A stretch of 34,690 nt of DNA, from the IMG/VR virus record IMGVR_UViG_3300011339_000248, positions 1 to 34,690 of that record; one strand, 5' to 3'. Below, in pieces: positions 27,813 to 34,690 of this stretch. A program made the position numbers and the translations under genes. Numbering within the stretch: position 1 is the stretch's first letter; each line of letters starts with the position of its first letter. The notes beneath the pieces were generated by a model. It did no database searches. It was not told where the DNA came from and worked only from the letters and a program-made list of their open reading frames with translations. This stretch comes from a virus. Its lineage: Duplodnaviria > Caudoviricetes.

Positions 27813-29914
27813 TAGTATGTTGTTTCAATTACTTTTAATAAACTTATTTTGGTCGTATTGTATTCCATTGGATTAAAGTTCTCTATTTTGTTTAATCTAA
27901 ATAGAACCCCATCAATCCAAATATATTTGCTGAAATCTAAATTATTAATATCTATACTATTTAATAATGCAGAGCAGGTTAATAGCTTACTATTTTTATC
28001 TGTTATTTCTGCCATATATTCACTATGGTATACATTAAATAGATTAGCAGTAGGATAAGATGTAACACTTACATATACTTCTTTAGGTGCGCCAAAGTTT
28101 AAATCTTGGTCAGGCACTCCACTTCCGTTAAAATGCAAATGCCCTGCATAACCATAAACCGTACCTGTATGTAAATCACCACTAGCATCTTGTTTTCTTA
28201 TTTTCCAACTTGCTACACCTGTTATTTTTTGCACCTGCATTATTCTAATAACACTATCCATCTGTTGTTCCTTAGTATTATTATCAGATAGTTTAAGTAT
28301 TTGTGTTACTCTTTTATCTACTCCTGATACTTGTACTAATGGACTAGATGCAAATATTATTTCAAGTGATTCTGTATTTTTACTGAAATCATAATTAGTA
28401 TCATATAACCTATCACCATAGTTTTGATTATATTTCTTTTTATAGTTTTCATTGTAATAGTCTGAATCATCTTTATATTTATATTGATAGTACCTTGCAT
28501 TTAGTTCACTCATAGGCTTTATGCTTAATGGCTTAGACCTGTCAATTTTATTAGACCAATCTAATGCATTAGCACTTGTTATAGGATAGAAGTCAATGTA
28601 TGGTTTTATATAAATCTTTTTATCAGTAAATATATCATCATAGACATAAAGATTATACATCTTACAAATACTTAAAAAGAAATCTTTTTGAAATATACCT
28701 TTTGGTATTGCACTATTTAATTTAATTGCTTCATTATAATTAACAGGTACAACATCTGCACTTGTAGTAGTTAAACTTAATGTGCTACCTGCAAATACAT
28801 TTAATTTATAAGCAGCAGAACCTGTCCACTCCATTTGAATTATTAAAGTTTCACCTGTATTAAATGTAATACCTGTTAAGTTAATATTAGCAGTAAAATA
28901 TCTTGTTGAAAAACCTGCACCAACATAATAGCTTCCAATAATAACACCATTTTTTCTAACATTTAAAGTAGCTACATTACCAATTTCCCACAATCCATTT
29001 ACGGTCAAGTCTAAGTTCATTATCTTAGTTCCTCCTGTATAAGTAAAAATATATCCACTACCTAAAGTAAAACTACCTAATGATGTTGAACTGCAAAATA
29101 AACTAATTAAAGTTCCTGTACCTGTATAAGTATAAACATCAGGAGTAGCTTCTAATTGCACATTGCTAATAGTAGATAGTACTCTTTGATTATGTGGTAT
29201 AATTAATCTTTTAAATGCATCTGTATTCAATAAAGGGAAATCATAATCATAACCGCTAGCTGCAAAAATCTTTTCTAAATATTCTTTAACAAATAATGCA
29301 GGTCTAAATGTCATTACATTATAATCAACTTTATTTGTACTATATGTTCCATAATCAATCAATGGGTAGTAATAGCCTGAACCATATCCTGAACTGTTGT
29401 TAGTACCCCTTGCTCCTGATACTTCCCAACTAGCAGTTATATTTTCGTGAGTAAATACGTGGTCATAAGAACTAAAATTTAAATCATCATTAGGATTATC
29501 ATTTCCTGCTAACCTCTTATTACCCAATGCAGAAATAAAACCACCTAATTCACCAAATACTGAACATTGATATTCTATAGTTTTATCATCTAATACAATT
29601 TCTAATATCCTTAATGTGCCTTTGAATATCTGTATTTTATCAATAAAGATTCTACATTGAGCAGATTTAGATGCATTAAAATTATAGTTTACATTTGGTA
29701 ATGTATCATCAGTAAAGTTAGCATTGCCTAAATCAAATACAAATCCAAATATTTTATTATTTGTTGCAGTACCTGAAATATTTATAGTCTTAGAAAAAGA
29801 AGTATTTTTAGAACCAAAATCATTTATGTCATCAATGGCATAATTAAATTCAGTACTTATATCCTGTAATAAGTCTAGCTTGTATCCCTCAATATATATT
29901 TCTGTACTTATCAT
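27812..29914 (-). CDS. Tail tip/hub structural protein
   Basis: 700 aa; FSKTI...GT..NNKIF, YPLIDYG, I..DG..FRLNKI. Confidence 0.7.
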   Translation of the reverse strand: MISTEIYIEGYKLDLLQDISTEFNYAIDDINDFGSKNTSFSKTINISGTATNNKIFGFVFDLGNANFTDDTLPNVNYNFNASKSAQCRIFIDKIQIFKGTLRILEIVLDDKTIEYQCSVFGELGGFISALGNKRLAGNDNPNDDLNFSSYDHVFTHENITASWEVSGARGTNNSSGYGSGYYYPLIDYGTYSTNKVDYNVMTFRPALFVKEYLEKIFAASGYDYDFPLLNTDAFKRLIIPHNQRVLSTISNVQLEATPDVYTYTGTGTLISLFCSSTSLGSFTLGSGYIFTYTGGTKIMNLDLTVNGLWEIGNVATLNVRKNGVIIGSYYVGAGFSTRYFTANINLTGITFNTGETLIIQMEWTGSAAYKLNVFAGSTLSLTTTSADVVPVNYNEAIKLNSAIPKGIFQKDFFLSICKMYNLYVYDDIFTDKKIYIKPYIDFYPITSANALDWSNKIDRSKPLSIKPMSELNARYYQYKYKDDSDYYNENYKKKYNQNYGDRLYDTNYDFSKNTESLEIIFASSPLVQVSGVDKRVTQILKLSDNNTKEQQMDSVIRIMQVQKITGVASWKIRKQDASGDLHTGTVYGYAGHLHFNGSGVPDQDLNFGAPKEVYVSVTSYPTANLFNVYHSEYMAEITDKNSKLLTCSALLNSIDINNLDFSKYIWIDGVLFRLNKIENFNPMEYNTTKISLLKVIETTY

Positions 29915-31140
29915 TATCTAAATTGACTTGTTATATATTTACCAACCTCAATGTCTATTTCAAAGTTAAATAACTTATCAGAACTTTCTAGCTTGTACTC
30001 ATAATTTGTGCTACTAATTGTAACAGGGAAGTATGCACCTTGTACTTCCATATAAGTAATTGTGCTTGCAAATAATTGCGCCAACCATTCGTAATCTTGT
30101 TGACTAACCCAATCAGAAATTAGATGGAATCTATCCTTATGCTGAATAGCATAATTTAAAGTAGTCTCATTATACTTGTTATAAGAATCAATGTTTGTCA
30201 TTGTATTTCCTGAAAGCTGCCAATCATTCCTTCTATAAGATGCCCTTTGTACTTCAGTAGACCTTTTATTTACTAGTGCAAATTTCATAGTATCCCAACC
30301 GCCTAGCCTATTAAGAAAGTGCAGATTGTACTGCTTGTATTTAGGATAGCATTTTTGAATGAACTGTAGCTTTCTAGATACTGCCACACCTCTTTTTAAA
30401 TATACATTATATCCATAAGTAGATTCTGTAATTAAGGTTCTACCTGCAAAAGTATTAATATGCCCTGCCTGACAATTAAATAGGTTCATTTCACCACTTA
30501 AAGTAATACCACCACTAACTGTATCAATAACAGAACCTGATTCATTTATGACATCTACCCAAGCATAATATGTACCTGCAGTTACCTTAAAATATGTGGC
30601 ATAGAAATTATCCCCATATTCAATAGTTATATTCTCTGTGTCCCTTTCTGTAAGCCAATCATCTGTAAAGTTTTCAATCAATAGATTATCATAGTAATCT
30701 GATAGAACCAATGGTGTGTTATTATTTACAAATAAGATGTCTGCAAATAATGGTGGATAATAATTATAGGCACTTAATGCTCCTGATACTAAGTTTAAAT
30801 TAGTAATTAGATTTCCACCACTTACATATTCTTCTCCTACCTGTATTGTTGAATTAACTTTTATCTTGTCATTAGATGCTACTAATATAGAACTACCTGA
30901 TGGTTCAAAATAATTAGTTACATATGCCCTTACCATTGGTGATGCATTGAATATACCATAGCTGCCTTCAGCAGATGGTGCAGGATATACCTTTGTTCTG
31001 CTTACCTGTGAACCATTAACGTATACATCATACACAAATTTAAATGCAGTTTGACCTACATTATTTGAACTAGAAACGTACCATAAGTCATCGTGCATAC
31101 TTGAATAAGGTGCAGGACTACTTTGTATTGTTATTGCCAT
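29914..31140 (-). CDS. Tail structural protein
   Basis: 408 aa beta-rich; FLNRLGGWD motif; coupled to hub gene. Confidence 0.65.
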   Translation of the reverse strand: MAITIQSSPAPYSSMHDDLWYVSSSNNVGQTAFKFVYDVYVNGSQVSRTKVYPAPSAEGSYGIFNASPMVRAYVTNYFEPSGSSILVASNDKIKVNSTIQVGEEYVSGGNLITNLNLVSGALSAYNYYPPLFADILFVNNNTPLVLSDYYDNLLIENFTDDWLTERDTENITIEYGDNFYATYFKVTAGTYYAWVDVINESGSVIDTVSGGITLSGEMNLFNCQAGHINTFAGRTLITESTYGYNVYLKRGVAVSRKLQFIQKCYPKYKQYNLHFLNRLGGWDTMKFALVNKRSTEVQRASYRRNDWQLSGNTMTNIDSYNKYNETTLNYAIQHKDRFHLISDWVSQQDYEWLAQLFASTITYMEVQGAYFPVTISSTNYEYKLESSDKLFNFEIDIEVGKYITSQFR

Positions 31141-31786
31141 TTTTTATTTCTTTACCTATTTGTCTAATTTTAATTTGAATATCTTTTCCTACTGCAGCTT
31201 CCATTACCTCATAGAAGTTTTTACCGAATACCTCTTTTTGTGCATTGTCAAAATAATGGGTAGACCTTAATCCCTTTCTATGAATTGACCTAGCTACAAC
31301 ATAGGCTAAAGACTTTTTTTCATCTATTGCTTTAGCTTCTACCCCTAGTTTTCTATATGGTTTTACTGAAGTTGCTTTTAATTTGTTATATCCTAGCCAT
31401 CCCTGTACTGCAGATATTGGAATGCTCTTTTTTGATGGGTTAAACTTATAAGGTGTTTTTGAATCTGCCTTTATATTTTTAGTACCCTTCACCCCTTTAT
31501 TTACAAAATCCCAATACTTAGAAGCAGGTTCTGATTTAGGATAACCCAAAGAAATACTATAGGTTGTGCCAAATTTATTAAAGTACATCCTAATATCGTT
31601 AATAGCACCACTAGCTATTGACCCATTCGCCCTTAGATTCTCCTGTGCAGTTGTGATGAATTCACCTCCAAATTTCTTTAATAAAGTTTCAACAACAGGC
31701 ATTTGTCCCTCTTTCATAGGTTGCTCACCTAGTGTATTTAGGAATCCATCAGCTATTGCCTTTGCCTGTGCTTTACTTATGCTCAT
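31118..31786 (-). CDS. Tail completion/morphogenesis protein (HK97 gp10-like)
   Basis: Basic; ASG, Y..FV..GV.G, A..VARSI..KG...T.YF. Confidence 0.6.
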   Translation of the reverse strand: MSISKAQAKAIADGFLNTLGEQPMKEGQMPVVETLLKKFGGEFITTAQENLRANGSIASGAINDIRMYFNKFGTTYSISLGYPKSEPASKYWDFVNKGVKGTKNIKADSKTPYKFNPSKKSIPISAVQGWLGYNKLKATSVKPYRKLGVEAKAIDEKKSLAYVVARSIHRKGLRSTHYFDNAQKEVFGKNFYEVMEAAVGKDIQIKIRQIGKEIKNGNNNTK

Positions 31787-31816
31787 ATCAATAAATAGGG
31801 TTATGGCATAAAAATA

Positions 31817-31847
31817 ACTAACCCCACCTTTTTAGGGATGGGGTAGT
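31817..31847 (-). terminator. Hairpin terminator after tail chaperone
   Basis: ACCCCA.CCT/AGG.TGGGGT stem, U-rich downstream; resembles 21015-21049. Confidence 0.6.
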
Positions 31848-31870
31848 AAACCAAATAACCGTATGAAAAT

Positions 31871-32148
31871 TTACCTAACCTTTTTTATCTGTTCATTATC
31901 ATAATCTGTTTTAGCTTTTAGATATGATAAGATATTTAAGCACTCTATTGTACTAAGTTCATATGCTTCTGAAACTGTGCAATTTTCGTAGTCGGCAATA
32001 AGTTTGGCTGAATACTGCCATCCAAAATACTGCATAAATTTTGAACCACCTCTTTCGCCTGTGCCTCCTGCATCCCTGATTGCACCATTTTCTTCACCAA
32101 ATAACCCTGTGAAACTTCTATCCAATTTCTGTATACTTGATAAAAAAA
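31871..32148 (-). CDS. -1 frameshift extension of tail chaperone (GT-like)
   Basis: -1 frame open from the T9 run: FLSSIQKLDRSFTGLF...FGW...CLNILSYLK. Confidence 0.7.
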
Positions 32149-32625
32149 AACCAATGAATGATATACATTTATAAATTTAGCAGTTAGCATATCTTCAGAA
32201 TATTCCTGATGTCTACTTGCATCATATGTTTCATTAAACCATATACCAAATTTACGTTTCTGTGGTATTACCATTGTAGCTGCTAACTTATGAAGGTTAT
32301 TATATAAATCTTCACTAAATACTTTGCTTTCTATGTACCTAGCAAAGGGCATCTTACTGACATCATAATTTAATTTATACCTTTTATTTATTGATATTGG
32401 TATATACTTAACAGGCTCCCCTTTTATAGGCTCATTTAAAAAAAGAATAGTAGATTTTAACTCTGCATATTTATTTAAAGGTAGACTGTCTACTTGCATT
32501 TCAGTCATATTATTGACTATTGCAATTAGCTTTACGTCTGTATCTAAGTCAGTATCGTTTTTGTCTTTTGTCTTTATGACATTATAAATCTGTTGATATT
32601 GCCATACGTTTATTTTGTCCCACAT
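31945..32625 (-). CDS. Tail assembly chaperone (G-like)
   Basis: W..I...QYQ N-terminus; VFF on a T9 slippery run. Confidence 0.7.
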   Translation of the reverse strand: MWDKINVWQYQQIYNVIKTKDKNDTDLDTDVKLIAIVNNMTEMQVDSLPLNKYAELKSTILFLNEPIKGEPVKYIPISINKRYKLNYDVSKMPFARYIESKVFSEDLYNNLHKLAATMVIPQKRKFGIWFNETYDASRHQEYSEDMLTAKFINVYHSLVFFYQVYRNWIEVSQGYLVKKMVQSGMQEAQAKEVVQNLCSILDGSIQPNLLPTTKIAQFQKHMNLVQ

Positions 32626-32735
32626 AGCTCCTTGATTTTACATAAAGATACTGCAATTATATATACAAAACAAGCTAATGGTACTGAAATTACTATAAAC
32701 TTTAATAGTTCATAAATAAATGTTAGTTCTTTCAT
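32610..32735 (-). CDS. Small membrane peptide (41 aa)
   Basis: MKELTFIYELLKFIVISVPLACFVYIIAVSLCKIKELCGTK with the shared leader. Confidence 0.6.
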   Translation of the reverse strand: MKELTFIYELLKFIVISVPLACFVYIIAVSLCKIKELCGTK

Positions 32736-32751
32736 AGGTTATTTGTTTTGG

Positions 32752-32958
32752 TTATAAGTTTTCTATTTCAGTTTTAACTTCTGTCCAATAATCTATTTTA
32801 GCTACAAATTCTAATCCATAATCAAATGGAGGTAAAGCATTTAATATCTCATCTACTGCTATTAAGGTGCATAGTTTAGCTTTTATTAGGTAATCCCAAT
32901 CAGTTGTATAATTAGAATACTTATCTACTAATTCTTGTGCTTTTTCTTTTGGTTTCAT
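32752..32958 (-). CDS. MxPKEKA-family small protein
   Basis: Same three motifs as 13856-14104. Confidence 0.75.
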   Translation of the reverse strand: MKPKEKAQELVDKYSNYTTDWDYLIKAKLCTLIAVDEILNALPPFDYGLEFVAKIDYWTEVKTEIENL

Positions 32959-32978
32959 ATTTTATTTGTTTTGGTTTT

Positions 32979-33182
32979 TTAATTGGTTTTGTAAAGGTCA
33001 TTGTAATAGTCTAAAATATCTTCATCTTCAACACCAAGAGTATTTGCAAATTTCTTAGCTGCATCCATTATTGCTGACCTTTCGTTATCATACAATTCAT
33101 TAATTGCATTATTTAATTCTTCTTTGGTAATAGTATCATCATTTCTGAAATAATACTTTAAATTTTGTAATGGCGTTTCCAT
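32979..33182 (-). CDS. Hypothetical early protein
   Basis: 67 aa acidic, shared leader. Confidence 0.7.
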   Translation of the reverse strand: METPLQNLKYYFRNDDTITKEELNNAINELYDNERSAIMDAAKKFANTLGVEDEDILDYYNDLYKTN

Positions 33183-33259
33183 AATTTATTTGTTTTGGTT
33201 TGAATGTAAAAATGGTTTATTTATATTAATAAATGTTAAGTATAAATACTGATTTTTGT

Positions 33260-33340
33260 ATTAGAATTATATTTCCAATTTGGTTAAATAATTGTTTTTT
33301 TTAGTGTTGTTTTTTGCTTAATTAGAATTATATTTCTAAT
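33260..33340. promoter_or_regulatory. Pair of 20-bp palindromic operator-like sites
   Basis: ATTAGAATTATATTTC(C/T)AAT at 33260 and 33321. Confidence 0.55.
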
Positions 33341-33409
33341 AAACCACCCCAAGTTCCCCAAATCACTATCTTGTTATTAATATATAATTTCTTAGGGTGG
33401 TCTATGCTC

Positions 33410-33493
33410 TTAAATGTTTTGATAAAATGCAACTATTAAGAATGCAAATATAATAATAATTACTGCTTCTGTATTGTATTGTTTCTGTTTCAT
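33410..33493 (-). CDS. Small hydrophobic peptide (27 aa)
   Basis: MKQKQYNTEAVIIIIFAFLIVAFYQNI. Confidence 0.45.
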   Translation of the reverse strand: MKQKQYNTEAVIIIIFAFLIVAFYQNI

Positions 33494-33496
33494 AAA

Positions 33497-33524
33497 AAAT
33501 GTGCGTTGGTCAGCCGCACCCCTG
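33497..33524 (-). terminator. Conserved hairpin, copy 1
   Basis: CAGGGGTGCG..TG...AACGCACATTT after the 33539 stop. Confidence 0.55.
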
Positions 33525-33538
33525 ACTTTGGAGGTTAG

Positions 33539-33832
33539 TTAATTTAATATTTCGTTTATTAATTCTTGACTAGGCTCATTTTCACTAGCAGCCACACTAA
33601 GCAATTTAACTAAATTTTCAGGCTTATAGACTTTTAAAATGAATTGAATTGCTTCTTCTTTATTTCCACCATTTGCAACCATCAACATTGCATAGCTATT
33701 AGCCATTGCGCTTTCTAGTGGACTGCTACCTTCCCATTCTAATTGTCTAAGAAAAGATGCTCTAGCTATTTCATAGCCTTTGTGGTTTCTTAAATACTGA
33801 TAAATTTCTTCAGCTTTTTTTTGATTGTTCAT
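33539..33832 (-). CDS. Hypothetical early protein
   Basis: Start at MNNQKK downstream of promoter; the longer call runs through the promoter. Confidence 0.7.
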   Translation of the reverse strand: MNNQKKAEEIYQYLRNHKGYEIARASFLRQLEWEGSSPLESAMANSYAMLMVANGGNKEEAIQFILKVYKPENLVKLLSVAASENEPSQELINEILN

Positions 33833-33870
33833 ATTTTTGGTTTTTGGTTTGTTATCAATCAATGACATAA

Positions 33871-33951
33871 CAAATATACAACCTGTAAACACATTATCCA
33901 AATATTTTACACACTTTGTGATGAACGGTAAAAATTAAGGATAAATGGTAA
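33871..33951 (-). promoter_or_regulatory. Bacteroidota-type promoter with double box
   Basis: TTTG-N20-TATATTTG; boxes at 33919 and 33939 (degenerate); same promoter repeated at 57-88. Confidence 0.85.
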
Positions 33952-33977
33952 ATGTGCGTTCAACAGTCGCACCCCTG
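33950..33977 (-). terminator. Conserved hairpin, copy 2
   Basis: Near-identical to 33497-33524, after the 33984 stop. Confidence 0.55.
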
Positions 33978-33983
33978 TATAGA

Positions 33984-34466
33984 TTACTTATTTTCTCTTT
34001 TAGTTATAATAAATCTGTAGTGTGGTGCGTTAATCATTCCACAAGCTAAAATAACTCTTGCGTGAACTATTATATTATTGTGAGAAATCATAAATTCAAA
34101 ATCATAAGGTGTGCCACTATTAATTCTTTCAATTTTTAAAGGATGTGCCTTAATGCCATACTCAACTAAAGTTTCAATTAATCTTTCAAATTTGATATTA
34201 TAACCTTCATTACCTTCATTTAAGAACTCTAAATAGCAACTAAACTTTCTTGCTTTTTTATTTATCAAATGATTATTATTATAACCATTCTCTTCCCCTC
34301 TTTTAATTGATAAATCAATTTCTTTCAATCTGTAATTCACATAAGATTCTAAATACATTTCTTTGAAATTCAGAAGTTCTCTGTTTAAAACATAAGTTAA
34401 TTGTTCTTTAGCTTGTTTGTTTCTTTTTTCTTCTGCTTTTGTAATTGGCTTTTGTAAAGTTTGCAT
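33984..34466 (-). CDS. Hypothetical early protein in a moron-like cassette
   Basis: 160 aa; C-terminal AR.I.A.G.I..PHYRF. Confidence 0.75.
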   Translation of the reverse strand: MQTLQKPITKAEEKRNKQAKEQLTYVLNRELLNFKEMYLESYVNYRLKEIDLSIKRGEENGYNNNHLINKKARKFSCYLEFLNEGNEGYNIKFERLIETLVEYGIKAHPLKIERINSGTPYDFEFMISHNNIIVHARVILACGMINAPHYRFIITKRENK

Positions 34467-34490
34467 AATTGTTTGGTTTTTTTGATACAG

Positions 34491-34583
34491 TAAAGATATA
34501 GTATCTTATCTACACTTTCCAAACATATTGTCAACTATTTTTAAACTTTGTGATGAACGGTAAATAAAGCTGATGAACGGTAA
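34491..34583 (-). promoter_or_regulatory. Early promoter with double box
   Basis: TTTG-N21-TATCTTTA; boxes at 34551 and 34571. Confidence 0.7.
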
Positions 34584-34690
34584 TTAAACGAATGAATACC
34601 TTCCATTACCCCTTTTCATATTGTAATTATTCCAAGTCAAAGCCAATGCCATTACACAGTCATCGTGAAATCCACTAGGCGCAGAATACT
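34545..34690. repeat. Terminal overlap with 99-244 (circularisation)
   Basis: 146-bp match with one mismatch; repeats the terL 3' end. Confidence 0.95.

Noticed and set aside
292-31811. Numerous plus-strand ORFs (e.g. 6799-7152, 16439-16780, 18782-19147, 27502-27876)
   Set aside because: Antisense shadows of well-supported minus-strand genes; no motifs or leaders.
33260-33340. Mini-CRISPR array (repeat with 61-bp period)
   Set aside because: Only two 20-bp AT-rich palindromic units and no cas genes; fits operators better.
33833-33901. Shared N-terminal peptide MSLIDNKPK in ORFs ending 33539 and 10263
   Set aside because: Translation of the duplicated promoter/leader; true starts are downstream.
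34545-34690. Biological direct terminal repeat
   Set aside because: Ends inside terL and matches an internal start position (99); looks like assembly overlap of a circular or permuted genome.
1-34690. Lysogeny module, tRNAs, DNA polymerase
   Set aside because: No integrase, CI-like repressor, ParA, polymerase motifs or cloverleaf recognised; divergent versions cannot be excluded by eye.

Overview
Essentially complete (~34.4 kb, circularly permuted), AT-rich tailed phage genome of siphovirus type. The host is probably a Bacteroidota member, judged from TTTG-N20-TAnnTTTG promoters and A-rich leaders without Shine-Dalgarno sites. Nearly all genes are on the minus strand. In reading order: early cassettes, tail genes, tape measure, prohead protease, scaffold, capsid, tail tube, portal, tail fibre, lysis, recombination/replication, a sigma-like regulator, glycosyltransferases and terminase. 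No integrase, polymerase or tRNA was recognised. The most striking element is at 23.3-26.1 kb. The XkdF-type prohead protease carries a C-terminal RelA/SpoT-family (Tas1/Apk-like) alarmone synthetase domain, followed by a small candidate immunity gene. These face a convergent operon with its own host-type promoter that encodes a small HD-family alarmone hydrolase. This looks like a virion-delivered nucleotide toxin with two antidotes, on a protease carrier rather than MuF. Other points of interest: (i) a helically phased double-box motif (TGATGAACGGTAA, 20-bp period) upstream of each full early promoter; (ii) contig ends showing two alleles that differ by a 632-bp cassette bounded by that box; (iii) a -1 frameshift tail chaperone; (iv) a unimolecular spanin; (v) iterons and a switchable RNA leader at the replication initiator. 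All family assignments come from motif recognition by eye, not from database searches.
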